The position numbers were made by a program, and so were the translations under genes. 64,000 nucleotides of DNA from Cyclobacteriaceae bacterium (GTDB taxonomy: Bacteria; Bacteroidota; Bacteroidia; Cytophagales; Cyclobacteriaceae), in contig BPHC01000003.1 in NCBI GenBank assembly GCA_026003355.1, forward strand, positions 39,093 to 103,092. The letters run 5' to 3'. The notes under the pieces are model-generated. The model was not told the DNA's origin, searched no databases, and saw nothing but the letters and a program-made list of their open reading frames with translations. This document shows positions 37,642-46,819 of this stretch, piece by piece; position 1 is the first letter of the stretch, and every line of letters starts with the position of its first letter.

Positions 37642-38269
37642 ATAAAATAAGATAATTAAATCCCCAGGTTACAGGTTTAAACGTGCTGCCATAACCGGGT
37701 ACATCGTACATTTCCGGGCCTGAGGTATTTTTTGCATGCAACCCGAATTTATAGCGCACGGTGTAGCCCATCCATATAAACCGGTACATCTTAACCCGCA
37801 GGCCCCCTGTTATCTCCATCCATCCCGCCCTGCGCCCTTCGGCCGTTTGCACTTCGGTGCGCGTGCCCCAAACGGGGTCGGTGGCGGTGCGCTCAACGCT
37901 TTCATTAAAACGGCTTCGGGCATACCGAAAACCAAAAAACAGCATGTTACCGTCAGGGTCATTCTTCAGAAAATTCACATCTATTCCGGCGCGGAAATAA
38001 TTACCCGAGTTTTCGTATCTGCTGCGGGAGCCTGTAAACTGCCGTTGCCAACGGCCTGCATCAACGGTAAGGTAATACCGGTAAAAATCCACATCGGCAT
38101 TTAACTCATAACCGCCGTAACGGCTGTCGGCAAAAGCATACACGGGGGCCACCAGGTCGGCTCCCAGCCGTAACCCGGTAGGCCTGAAACTGCGCTTAAC
38201 CGTATCAGCCGGCTGGGCGGCCAGCAATACAGGAAGCAGCATGACAATATGGCTAACGAAACACCTCAA
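37622..38269 (-). CDS. Outer-membrane beta-barrel-like protein (possibly DUF6048 family)
   Basis: Signal peptide, alternating aromatic/hydrophilic beta-strand pattern and a hydrophobic C-terminal strand (..FNYLILFRLPLR). The family name is recalled from annotation practice and was not verified. Confidence 0.55.
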   Translation of the reverse strand: MRCFVSHIVMLLPVLLAAQPADTVKRSFRPTGLRLGADLVAPVYAFADSRYGGYELNADVDFYRYYLTVDAGRWQRQFTGSRSRYENSGNYFRAGIDVNFLKNDPDGNMLFFGFRYARSRFNESVERTATDPVWGTRTEVQTAEGRRAGWMEITGGLRVKMYRFIWMGYTVRYKFGLHAKNTSGPEMYDVPGYGSTFKPVTWGFNYLILFRLPLR

Positions 38270-38714
38270 TGTTTACGGTTAGGTTTTTAAACAAAGCAGG
38301 CTGTACTACATGCACCGAGTCGAAATCGGTAAAGGCCACCTGCAGGTTCGTTATGCTTACTTCGCTAAAGCAATTTTCGTTAATAAACCTGAAGTTGCGT
38401 CTGTAGCGCACCCGCAGGATTTTTTCTTCAAACGGAAAATGAAAAATAAACTCAGTACTGTCGGCAAAAGGGTTTAGGGCAACAGTGGCCGGTGTGCCCC
38501 GGAGCGTGTCGGCCAGATCAACGGGCTGTTGTCTGTAAAACAGGCTGTCGGCCCCTGCAGCCGAAATGTAGTAGAACACCACCGTATCGGCCTGGGGTGA
38601 ATTGTTTACTATTTTTTTAAACGCTATTTGCAGGGTGTTGCCGGCCTGGCTAATGCAGTCGGGTTTGTCCAGGCAACTGCCAAACAGCATAACCGAAGCT
38701 AAAATCCACCGCAT
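38253..38714 (-). CDS. Lipoprotein (possibly DUF6452 family)
   Basis: Lipobox MLFGSC. 153 aa. Overlaps the downstream barrel gene by 17 nt. Confidence 0.5.
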   Translation of the reverse strand: MRWILASVMLFGSCLDKPDCISQAGNTLQIAFKKIVNNSPQADTVVFYYISAAGADSLFYRQQPVDLADTLRGTPATVALNPFADSTEFIFHFPFEEKILRVRYRRNFRFINENCFSEVSITNLQVAFTDFDSVHVVQPALFKNLTVNIEVFR

Positions 38715-38762
38715 GGCGTAAATATAGAACTTGAACGGCAGGTAGATGGTTTATTTTTAACT

Positions 38763-40082
38763 TTGCAGCCCGTGAAAACCAAAGGCAATAAAAAGGTAAA
38801 GGTAAACATAGTTACGCTGGGATGTTCGAAAAACGTAGTCGACAGCGAAGTATTGCTTACCCAGTTACGCGGCAACGGTATTGAAGCCGAACACGAATCG
38901 GCACGCGATGATGCCCGTGTGGTGATTATTAACACCTGTGGTTTTATTGACAATGCCAAGCAGGAATCTGTCGATACCATTCTCCGGTATGTGGATGCCA
39001 AACAGGAAGGCCTGGTGGATAAGGTATATGTTACCGGCTGCCTGTCGCAGCGTTACAAAGATGATCTGGAAAAAGAAATACCCGAGGTAGATGCCTGGTT
39101 TGGCACCCGTGACCTGGCGCGCCTGCTCAAACAGTTCAAAGCCGATTACAAACAGGAACTGGTAGGCGAACGCATTCTAACCAGTCCGGCCCATTATGCC
39201 TATCTTAAAATTTCCGAAGGGTGCGACCGCCCCTGTTCGTTTTGTGCCATACCCCTTATGCGCGGCCGCCATATTTCCCGCCCGATAGAGGAGCTGGTGA
39301 AAGAAGCACAAAACCTGGCGCGGCAGGGCACCAGAGAACTTTTGCTCATTGCACAGGATTCAACCTATTACGGCCTCGACCTGTATAAAAAACGGGCTCT
39401 GGCCGATCTGCTCAATCGCCTGGCCGATGTAGAAGGCATCGCCTGGATTCGCCTGCACTATGCCTTTCCTTCTGGCTTTCCCACCGATGTGCTGGATGTA
39501 ATGGCTTCGCGGCCCAACATCTGCAGGTATCTGGACATTCCGTTACAGCACGCCTCCACGCGCATGCTGCAGCTTATGCGCAGGGGCATAACCCGGCAAA
39601 AAACCGAAGAGCTGTTGTACACCATTCGCGAAAAAATACCGGGCATTGCCATACGCACCACGCTTATTGCCGGCCACCCCGGTGAAACCGAAGCCGATTT
39701 TAATGAGTTGATGGAATTTGTTGAAGCACAGCGCTTCGAACGGCTGGGCGTGTTTACCTATTCGCACGAAGAGAACACCCACTCGTTTACCATGAACGAT
39801 GATGTGCCCCCCGAAATAAAGCAACAGCGGGCCGACGCAGTAATGGCCCTGCAGGAACGCATATCAGGCGAACTTAACCGGCAGAAGGTAGGCCAAACCC
39901 TTAAGGTGCTTATCGACCGGAAAGAAGGCGCCTGGTATGTAGGCCGCACCGAGTTCGATTCTCCTGAAGTGGATAATGAAGTACTTGTGGAGAGCCCGGA
40001 TAACTACCTGCGCATTGGCGATTTTACCACAGTAAAAATTACCGATGCCACCGAATTTGATCTCTTTGCCACAGTGGTGTAA
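38763..40082 (+). CDS. rimO: Ribosomal protein S12 methylthiotransferase RimO
   Basis: UPF0004 N-domain (VNIVTLGCSKNVVDSE), radical-SAM CDRPCSFCAIP and a C-terminal TRAM domain. The start may be TTG 38763 or GTG 38772. Confidence 0.9.
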   Translation: MQPVKTKGNKKVKVNIVTLGCSKNVVDSEVLLTQLRGNGIEAEHESARDDARVVIINTCGFIDNAKQESVDTILRYVDAKQEGLVDKVYVTGCLSQRYKDDLEKEIPEVDAWFGTRDLARLLKQFKADYKQELVGERILTSPAHYAYLKISEGCDRPCSFCAIPLMRGRHISRPIEELVKEAQNLARQGTRELLLIAQDSTYYGLDLYKKRALADLLNRLADVEGIAWIRLHYAFPSGFPTDVLDVMASRPNICRYLDIPLQHASTRMLQLMRRGITRQKTEELLYTIREKIPGIAIRTTLIAGHPGETEADFNELMEFVEAQRFERLGVFTYSHEENTHSFTMNDDVPPEIKQQRADAVMALQERISGELNRQKVGQTLKVLIDRKEGAWYVGRTEFDSPEVDNEVLVESPDNYLRIGDFTTVKITDATEFDLFATVV

Positions 40083-40111
40083 TTTCATTAACACTTTGGC
40101 GCGGAATACCG

Positions 40112-40119
40112 TTACTTGC
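40112..40119 (+). promoter_or_regulatory. Candidate -7-like box (TTACTTGC)
   Basis: Member of the recurring TTA(C/G)CTTG motif family, 16 nt upstream of the bshC ATG at 40136. Confidence 0.25.
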
Positions 40120-40135
40120 TCTATATTTTCAACTC

Positions 40136-41713
40136 ATGCAAGGTATCATATCACATCGCCTGCCATTCGAAGCAACCCGCGCCTTTTCGGATGTTTTCAT
40201 CAAATATGTAAACAGGCGGGAAGAACTCAGGCCTTTTTATAATCACTATCCTGAACCCGCTGCGTTCGAAAAGCAAATAACCGAAAAGCAGGCACACTTT
40301 GGCAACAAAGCGCGCATTGTACTGCACCGCGTACTTCAACGGCAATATGCATCGCTCAACACACCACAGCCTGTACAGCAAAATATGGAAGCGTTGCTTC
40401 GGCCGGAAACCTTTACGGTAACCACCGGGCATCAGCTTAACATTTTAACCGGACCGTTGTATTTTATTTACAAAATCATAACCACCATCAATGCGTGTAA
40501 AGAACTGCAGGAGCAGTACCCGGCCTTCAGGTTTGTTCCCGTTTACTGGATGGCCTCCGAAGATCACGATGTGAACGAAATCCGTTCCGTGCGTATTGCC
40601 GGCAAAACCTACACCTGGAAAACGCCTCAGCAGGGACCAGTGGGCCGTTTCTCCACACAGGGCCTGGATGAACTATTGAACAGCATACCGGCCGATGTAC
40701 GCGTTTTTCGCGAAGCCTATACCCGCCACAACAAACTTGCCGATGCGGTGCGGTATTATGTAAACGCCTTGTTTGGTGAATACGGCCTTCTGGTGGTTGA
40801 TGGAGACGAAGCTGAACTCAAACATCAGTTCACAGCCGTTATGCGGGATGATTTGTTTAACCATTCGCCACACCGGCTGTTAACAGCCACCAACGAAGCA
40901 CTGGCCGGGCTGGGATATAAGCCGCAGGTGTTTGTGCGGCCTGTAAACCTGTTTTACCTTGACAACGGCCTGCGCGCCCGTATTGAACAACAGGGCGAAA
41001 CATATTGCATTACAGATACCCCCGTAAAATTTACAAGCGCTGAGCTGGAAGATCTGCTGGAAAAGAACCCGGAAAAATTAAGTCCCAACGTCATTCTTCG
41101 GCCGCTTTATCAGGAATGCGTGCTGCCCAACCTAGCCTACGTGGGCGGACCGGCCGAAATGGCATACTGGCTTCAGCTAAAAAGCCTGTTTGCGCATTGG
41201 GGCATTCCCATGCCGGTGCTGCTGCCCCGCAACTTCGCCCTGCTGGTAACCCAAAGCCTGTACCGCAAATGGCAAAAAACCGGCCTGTCCTCCGAAGATC
41301 TCTTCAAGCCCTTGCCTGAATTGATAAACGAAGTAACGCTAAGACATGCACCGGAACAGATAAGGCTTAACGGCCAGAAAGAGGCCATACGCCAACAACT
41401 GGAACAGGTGCGCCAAAACGCCCGGCACATCGATGCCTCGCTTATTCGCATGGTCGAAGCCGAAACCACGCGCATGTTGAAAAGCCTTGAAAAAATTGAG
41501 CTGAAGATGTTGCGGGCAGAAAAACGCAAACAGTCCGACAGAATCAGGCAGATTACAGCACTTAAGGAAAGTCTTTTTCCGGGGGGCGCCCTGCAGGAGC
41601 GTACCGAAAACCTGCTAACCTTTACCGCCGGAAACCCCGAACTTATTCACCAGTTGGTGCAGTTCTTACGGCCCTTCGATTTCCGGTTTAACATTTGCCT
41701 GGTAAATGACTAA
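40136..41713 (+). CDS. bshC: Bacillithiol biosynthesis cysteine-adding enzyme BshC
   Basis: 525 aa. Motifs TGHQLNILTGPLYFIYKIITTI, YWMASEDHD and VGGPAEMAYW, plus a C-terminal coiled coil, are typical of BshC/YllA. Confidence 0.8.
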   Translation: MQGIISHRLPFEATRAFSDVFIKYVNRREELRPFYNHYPEPAAFEKQITEKQAHFGNKARIVLHRVLQRQYASLNTPQPVQQNMEALLRPETFTVTTGHQLNILTGPLYFIYKIITTINACKELQEQYPAFRFVPVYWMASEDHDVNEIRSVRIAGKTYTWKTPQQGPVGRFSTQGLDELLNSIPADVRVFREAYTRHNKLADAVRYYVNALFGEYGLLVVDGDEAELKHQFTAVMRDDLFNHSPHRLLTATNEALAGLGYKPQVFVRPVNLFYLDNGLRARIEQQGETYCITDTPVKFTSAELEDLLEKNPEKLSPNVILRPLYQECVLPNLAYVGGPAEMAYWLQLKSLFAHWGIPMPVLLPRNFALLVTQSLYRKWQKTGLSSEDLFKPLPELINEVTLRHAPEQIRLNGQKEAIRQQLEQVRQNARHIDASLIRMVEAETTRMLKSLEKIELKMLRAEKRKQSDRIRQITALKESLFPGGALQERTENLLTFTAGNPELIHQLVQFLRPFDFRFNICLVND

Positions 41714-42269
41714 AGCGGAAATCAGAACGGCTTATTTACAAAAAAGAAAAGCACTTGCGCCGGCTGTATACCTGCAGCTTTGTCAGATGCTTTGCCAACG
41801 CTTTTTTGTTTCGGTTAATTTAACCCGCGTGGGCCTGCTGCATACCTATCTTCCCATACCCGGAAAGAACGAACCCGACACCTGGCTTATCATTGACCGT
41901 TTGCGCAGGGAGTATCCGCATATTCAAATAGCCGCGCCCCGAATTACAAACAACAATCTGGAACATGTAATACTTGAATACCCTTTGCAGATTGCAACAA
42001 ACACCTGGAATATACCCGAACCCCGTACCGGTACAACCGTGCCGGCTGCCTCTGCCGATATGGTGCTGGTGCCTTTGCTGGCTTTTGATGAAAAAGGTAA
42101 CCGGATAGGTTACGGCAAAGGGTATTACGACCGTTTTCTTAAAAGTTGCCGGCCCGAAACACCGCGAATAGGATTAAGCTTTTTCGCGCCACTGCCCCAT
42201 GTACCCGCTACCCCTGCCGATGTGCCCCTCAGCGCGTGCGTTACACCCGATGCATTTTATACTTTTTAA
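41706..42269 (+). CDS. 5-formyltetrahydrofolate cyclo-ligase
   Basis: 187 aa. N-terminus KAEIRTAYLQKRKAL and the C-terminal motif GYGKGYYDRFL. Overlaps bshC by 8 nt. Confidence 0.85.
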   Translation: MTKAEIRTAYLQKRKALAPAVYLQLCQMLCQRFFVSVNLTRVGLLHTYLPIPGKNEPDTWLIIDRLRREYPHIQIAAPRITNNNLEHVILEYPLQIATNTWNIPEPRTGTTVPAASADMVLVPLLAFDEKGNRIGYGKGYYDRFLKSCRPETPRIGLSFFAPLPHVPATPADVPLSACVTPDAFYTF

Positions 42270-42294
42270 ACCACGGGCCTCAAACCTGGTGCAT

Positions 42295-42957
42295 TTATAT
42301 GCGGATGGCCCTCAGCATATGCTTTTTTCCCGGCGGGCCGGGCAATCGTTCAACCTTTAGCCCAAGTTGCGCTAAGTTTCTGCGTACCTCGCCCCTGGCA
42401 GAGTAGGTTACCCATATACCCCCCTTGCGCATTGCCCCGGCTGTTTTGGCCAGCATCTCCATGGTCCATAATTCGGGTTGTTTTGTCGGGGCAAAGGCAT
42501 CGAAATACACCACGTCAAAAAATGCGGCCGGCAGCCGTGCATCCTGAAGCGTGGTTGCCAGCTTTTCCAGCTCAAACCACGAATGTATGGATTGGCATGT
42601 GTTCCAGCCGCAGCGGTGCAGTTGTGCAAAGGCTTTTGCTTGGTGCCGGGCTGCGTAGTTCAAACGGCCCCATACAGCTTCGGGCAGTGGAAACGCCTCG
42701 ATGGCAGTGTACCGTATGTGGCGCTTTTGTTCGCCGGCCAGCAGGGAGGTAAGCCAGGCGTTAAGGCCTGTTCCAAAGCCTACCTCCAGCACCCTAACAA
42801 CCCCCTGGCTTTTATGCAGCGCCGGTTCCAGTGCGTTTTGAATAAAAACATACAGCGACTCCTGCCGGGCACCGTGGCGGGAGTGGTACGTTTCATCCAG
42901 TTCTGCCACGTACAGGGTGTGGCTGCCATCGCCTGTAACCACGGTTTTAACATTCAT
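42295..42957 (-). CDS. mnmD: tRNA (mnm5s2U34) methyltransferase MnmD-like (SAM-dependent)
   Basis: The start is set at MNVKTVVTGDGSHTLY (ATG 42957), which forms an ATGA overlap with the ispF stop. Motifs YHSRHGA..ES and FDAFAP..QPELW are present. Confidence 0.7.
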   Translation of the reverse strand: MNVKTVVTGDGSHTLYVAELDETYHSRHGARQESLYVFIQNALEPALHKSQGVVRVLEVGFGTGLNAWLTSLLAGEQKRHIRYTAIEAFPLPEAVWGRLNYAARHQAKAFAQLHRCGWNTCQSIHSWFELEKLATTLQDARLPAAFFDVVYFDAFAPTKQPELWTMEMLAKTAGAMRKGGIWVTYSARGEVRRNLAQLGLKVERLPGPPGKKHMLRAIRI

Positions 42958-43439
42958 AAGTCCCGGTGTTGTATAAGGCACACGGCATAGGCGGTTACGC
43001 CTTCTTCGCGTCCAACGTAGCCAAGCCTTTCGTTGGTGGTTGCCTTTATTGAAACAGCATTCTGTGCTACCTTCAGCAGTCCGGCCAGCACAGCCTGCAT
43101 GGCGGGTATGTATGGGTTAACTTTAGGCTTTTCCAGACAAACGGTGCAGTCAACATTTATTACCTGCCAGTTTTTCTCTTCCAGCATCCGCACCACTTCC
43201 TGCAAAAAGTGCTTGCTGTCTTTTCCTTTCCACTGCGGGTCGGTGTTGGGAAAGTGAAAGCCTATGTCGCGCAGGCCGGCGGCCCCCAGCAATGCGTCAC
43301 ACAGGGCGTGGATCAGTACGTCTGCATCCGAATGTCCGGCTGCTCCTTTTTCAGCAGGCAATTGTATGCCGCCCAGAAAGAAGGGGTGGTTGTCTTGTAA
43401 CGGGTGTACGTCAAAACCAAAACCAATGCGGATGTTCAT
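42954..43439 (-). CDS. ispF: 2-C-methyl-D-erythritol 2,4-cyclodiphosphate synthase
   Basis: MNIRIGFGFDVHPL...GHSDADVLIHALCDALLGA. ATG 43439 forms an ATGA overlap with the upstream peptidase stop. Confidence 0.9.
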   Translation of the reverse strand: MNIRIGFGFDVHPLQDNHPFFLGGIQLPAEKGAAGHSDADVLIHALCDALLGAAGLRDIGFHFPNTDPQWKGKDSKHFLQEVVRMLEEKNWQVINVDCTVCLEKPKVNPYIPAMQAVLAGLLKVAQNAVSIKATTNERLGYVGREEGVTAYAVCLIQHRDL

Positions 43440-44680
43440 GCGGCAACGGTTGAACAATAATGCATAACCGAACAGTTGCTTTCCTTCAGTATTTCGCGGG
43501 CCGTGTCCATGAGTTGCTGCACCGAAACCTGCTGATAGTACCCGCGCTCCCGGTTCACCAAACCGGTATCGCCCGACAGGCTGAAGAATGCAAGCGATAT
43601 GGCGCGGTTCAGTACTTCCACCTCTTCAAATTCCAGCGACATGCGCACCTGGTTTTTAACTTTGCTTAGCTCGCGTTCATCAACACCTTTTTGCAGCAGC
43701 TGGTTAATGATTTTCGTTACCTCGGCCTCGGCCTGTGCGGGTGTAATGCCGGGGTTTAATCGTCCGCTTACCACCAGCAGGCCCGGATCGATTGATCCGG
43801 TTACATAACACGAAACCGTGGTAAATATCTCTTTTTCCTTAACGAGCTTTGTGTACAGCCGGCTGGAATCGCCCCTTCCCAGAATGTCGCTCAGCAGGTC
43901 GGCAGCGTAATAGCTTTTGTCGAAACGCCCGGGCATGTGCCATGCCATATACAGTGCGTTAGCAGGAACGTGGGCTTCTGCACGCAAAAAGCGTTTTTCG
44001 CTTTGCGGTGGTTCGGCCGGGAGCAACCTGGGTTTGCGGGGGCGGGGTTCAATGGGCCCGAACCATTCTTCGGCAAGCCTGCGGGCCTGGTTTACAGAAA
44101 CCTTTCCGGCCACTACCAGCACTGCATTGTTGGGTATGTAGTGGGTATAGAAAAACTTCCGCACATCATCCATCGTGGCGTTTTCAATATGCGAGGGGTC
44201 TTTTCCGATAGTGGCCCACTGGTAGGGGTGTACACGGTAGGCCAGTGGCCTGAATTTAAGCCAGGCATCACCGTAAGGTTGATTCAGATAACGTTGTTTA
44301 AACTCTTCAACCACTACCTTTTGCTGCACTTCCAGTACCCTGGGGTCGAACGAAAGCCCCAGCATGCGGTCGCTTTCCAGCCAGAAGCCCGTTTCAATGT
44401 TGGAGGCGGGCAGTACCACGTAATAGTTGGTAATATCGTTGTTGGTAAACGCATTGTTTTCGCCACCGGCCATTTGCAGCGGCTCATCGTAGTTAGGAAT
44501 GTTCACCGAGCCACCAAACATGAGGTGCTCAAAAAGGTGGGCAAAACCGGTTTTGTCCGGATGTTCATCGCGGGCACCAACGTTATAGAGGATGTTCAGA
44601 ACGGCAATCTCAACGTTGGGATCTTCGTGCACTATTACGCGCAATCCGTTATCCAGTGTAAACTCAGAAAAGGAAATCAT
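43436..44680 (-). CDS. M16-family (pitrilysin/insulinase-like) zinc peptidase
   Basis: Inverted zinc motif HLFEHLMF (HxxEH) near the N-terminus. 414 aa. Confidence 0.85.
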   Translation of the reverse strand: MISFSEFTLDNGLRVIVHEDPNVEIAVLNILYNVGARDEHPDKTGFAHLFEHLMFGGSVNIPNYDEPLQMAGGENNAFTNNDITNYYVVLPASNIETGFWLESDRMLGLSFDPRVLEVQQKVVVEEFKQRYLNQPYGDAWLKFRPLAYRVHPYQWATIGKDPSHIENATMDDVRKFFYTHYIPNNAVLVVAGKVSVNQARRLAEEWFGPIEPRPRKPRLLPAEPPQSEKRFLRAEAHVPANALYMAWHMPGRFDKSYYAADLLSDILGRGDSSRLYTKLVKEKEIFTTVSCYVTGSIDPGLLVVSGRLNPGITPAQAEAEVTKIINQLLQKGVDERELSKVKNQVRMSLEFEEVEVLNRAISLAFFSLSGDTGLVNRERGYYQQVSVQQLMDTAREILKESNCSVMHYCSTVAA

Positions 44681-44738
44681 ATTCGGGCCTGAAGATACTT
44701 AATCAGCAGCACAGTAAACAAAATACAGATGGATACGG

Positions 44739-44768
44739 TTTGGGAATGAGGCCTTACCCGTAAATTTG
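44739..44768 (+). promoter_or_regulatory. Candidate Bacteroidota promoter (TTTG-N18-TAAATTTG)
   Basis: A -33-like TTTG (44739-44742) and a perfect TAnnTTTG (44761-44768). The -7 box ends only 5 nt before ATG 44774. Confidence 0.4.
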
Positions 44769-44773
44769 GCCGC

Positions 44774-46753
44774 ATGAATTTTCAACGCAATTCGCTTACT
44801 GACGAACAACTGCGCCACCTGTACAGTGCGCTGGTAAGACCCCGGCTTATTGAAGAGAAAATGCTCATTCTGCTCCGGCAGAACAAAATAAGCAAATGGT
44901 TCAGCGGCATAGGCCAGGAAGCCATAGCTGTAGGGGTAACCGAGGCACTTTTGCCGGATGAGTATATTCTGCCCATGCACCGCAACCTGGGTGTGTTTAC
45001 TTCGCGCAATATGCCCCTGGACCGGCTTTTTGCCCAGTGGCAGGGTACACTACGCGGATATACAAAAGGCCGCGACCGTTCTTTTCATTTTGGTTCCAGA
45101 GAGCACCACATCGTGGGCATGATCTCACATCTGGGTCCGCAGAATGGCGTAGCCGATGGCATTGCCCTGGCTTCGCTGCTGAAACAGGAGAAAAAAGTTA
45201 CCGCGGTATTCAATGGCGATGGCGGAACCAGCGAAGGCGACTTCCACGAAGCAGTAAACGTTGCTGCCGTATGGGATCTGCCCGTGATTTTTGTAATTGA
45301 AAACAATGGCTATGGCCTGTCCACCCCGGTGCACGAACAGTTCCGGTGCAAAAGCTTTACCGATAAAGCAGTTGGATACGGTATTGAAGGCTTTCGGGTT
45401 GATGGCAACAATATTCTCGAAGTTTTCACCATGGTTAGCAGCCTGGCCGCCTCCATGCGCAAAAAGCCGCGCCCTGTACTGCTGGAGTGCATCACCTTCC
45501 GCATGCGCGGCCATGAAGAGGCATCGGGTACAAAGTATGTACCAAAGGCCATGTTAGAGGAATGGGCAAAGAAAGATCCGGTGGAAAACTATGAAAGATA
45601 CCTGCTTAAGGAAGGCGTGCTGACTGAAAAGGATATTGAAAAAATAAAAACCGGAATAAAGAAAGAAATAGAAGCCGCCCTTAAAATTGCTTTTGCTGAA
45701 AGCTATCCCGAACCCGACACCAATCAGGAGCTTGCCGATGTATATGCGCCCCATATTCCGGCAGAAGTGCAGCCGCCGGACGGACAGCATCCGGAAAAGC
45801 GTTTTGTCGATGCCATCAGCGAAGGCCTCAGGCAAAGCATGGAGCGGCATCCAAATCTGGTGCTCATGGGGCAGGACATTGCCGAATACGGTGGCGTTTT
45901 TAAAGTTACCGAAGGTTTTGTGCAACAGTTCGGAAAAGAACGGGTGCGCAACACCCCCCTGTGCGAATCGGCTATTCTCGGAGCCGCCCTGGGGCTGTCA
46001 ATTAAAGGCATGAAAGCCATGGTAGAGATGCAGTTTGCCGATTTTGTATCCGAAGGGATAACGCAGATTGTCAACAACCTGGCCAAGGTACACTGGCGCT
46101 GGGGGCAATGTGCCGATGTGGTGGTGCGAATGCCCACCGGTGCCGGAACAGCCGCAGGACCTTTTCACTCACAAAGTAATGAAGCCTGGTTCTTTCATAC
46201 TCCGGGACTTAAAATAGTTTATCCGGCCTTCCCGTATGATGCCAAGGGGTTGTTGTGTGCTTCGTTCGAAGACCCCAACCCTGTTATGTATTTTGAGCAC
46301 AAATTGCTGTACCGCTCGGTGCGTGGCCCTGTGCCCGATGCCTATTACACCCTGCCCATAGGTAAGGCCTGCCGCGTACGCGAAGGAACCGATTGCTCTG
46401 TTATTACTTACGGACTTGGCGTACACTGGGCACTGGAAATACTCAATACCATGCCCGGAATATCGGCCGATGTACTAGACCTGCGCACCCTGTTGCCCTG
46501 GGATAAAGAGGCAGTAGCCGAAACCGTACGCAAAACAAACCGCGTGCTCATTCTGCATGAAGATACACTTACAGGCGGAATCGGGGCCGAAATAGGCGCC
46601 TGGATTGGCGAGCACTGCTTTACCAGCCTCGATGCTCCGGTTATGCGGGTGGCCGCTTTGGACACCCCCGTGCCCTTTGCCCCCACGCTGGAACAAAATT
46701 TTTTGCCAAAAGCGCGTGTTCGTAACGCTATCGAAAAACTTTTGGCGTTTTGA
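44774..46753 (+). CDS. 2-oxoacid dehydrogenase E1 component, fused alpha/beta subunits (TPP-dependent)
   Basis: 659 aa. The N-terminal half is E1-alpha-like (GDGGTSEGDFHEA..NN TPP motif) and the C-terminal half is E1-beta/transketolase-like. Confidence 0.85.
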   Translation: MNFQRNSLTDEQLRHLYSALVRPRLIEEKMLILLRQNKISKWFSGIGQEAIAVGVTEALLPDEYILPMHRNLGVFTSRNMPLDRLFAQWQGTLRGYTKGRDRSFHFGSREHHIVGMISHLGPQNGVADGIALASLLKQEKKVTAVFNGDGGTSEGDFHEAVNVAAVWDLPVIFVIENNGYGLSTPVHEQFRCKSFTDKAVGYGIEGFRVDGNNILEVFTMVSSLAASMRKKPRPVLLECITFRMRGHEEASGTKYVPKAMLEEWAKKDPVENYERYLLKEGVLTEKDIEKIKTGIKKEIEAALKIAFAESYPEPDTNQELADVYAPHIPAEVQPPDGQHPEKRFVDAISEGLRQSMERHPNLVLMGQDIAEYGGVFKVTEGFVQQFGKERVRNTPLCESAILGAALGLSIKGMKAMVEMQFADFVSEGITQIVNNLAKVHWRWGQCADVVVRMPTGAGTAAGPFHSQSNEAWFFHTPGLKIVYPAFPYDAKGLLCASFEDPNPVMYFEHKLLYRSVRGPVPDAYYTLPIGKACRVREGTDCSVITYGLGVHWALEILNTMPGISADVLDLRTLLPWDKEAVAETVRKTNRVLILHEDTLTGGIGAEIGAWIGEHCFTSLDAPVMRVAALDTPVPFAPTLEQNFLPKARVRNAIEKLLAF

Positions 46754-46804
46754 TAGCAAAGGGTATTACAGGCAACCGCAGCGGGAAATTGCTATATTAG
46801 CTGT

Positions 46805-46812
46805 TTACTTGC
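46805..46812 (+). promoter_or_regulatory. Candidate -7-like box (TTACTTGC)
   Basis: Same motif family as 40112, 27478 and 61754. It ends 7 nt before GTG 46820. Confidence 0.25.
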
Positions 46813-46819
46813 AGCAAAA

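Noticed and set aside
43937-44692. A 251-aa ORF antisense to the M16 peptidase gene. Similar long antisense ORFs occur at 5913-6590, 28642-29334, 50585-51325, 53906-54586, 7189-7665 and 1040-1558.
   Set aside because: Each is the mirror frame of a confidently identified gene, and none shows a signal, domain or motif. I treat them as shadow ORFs.
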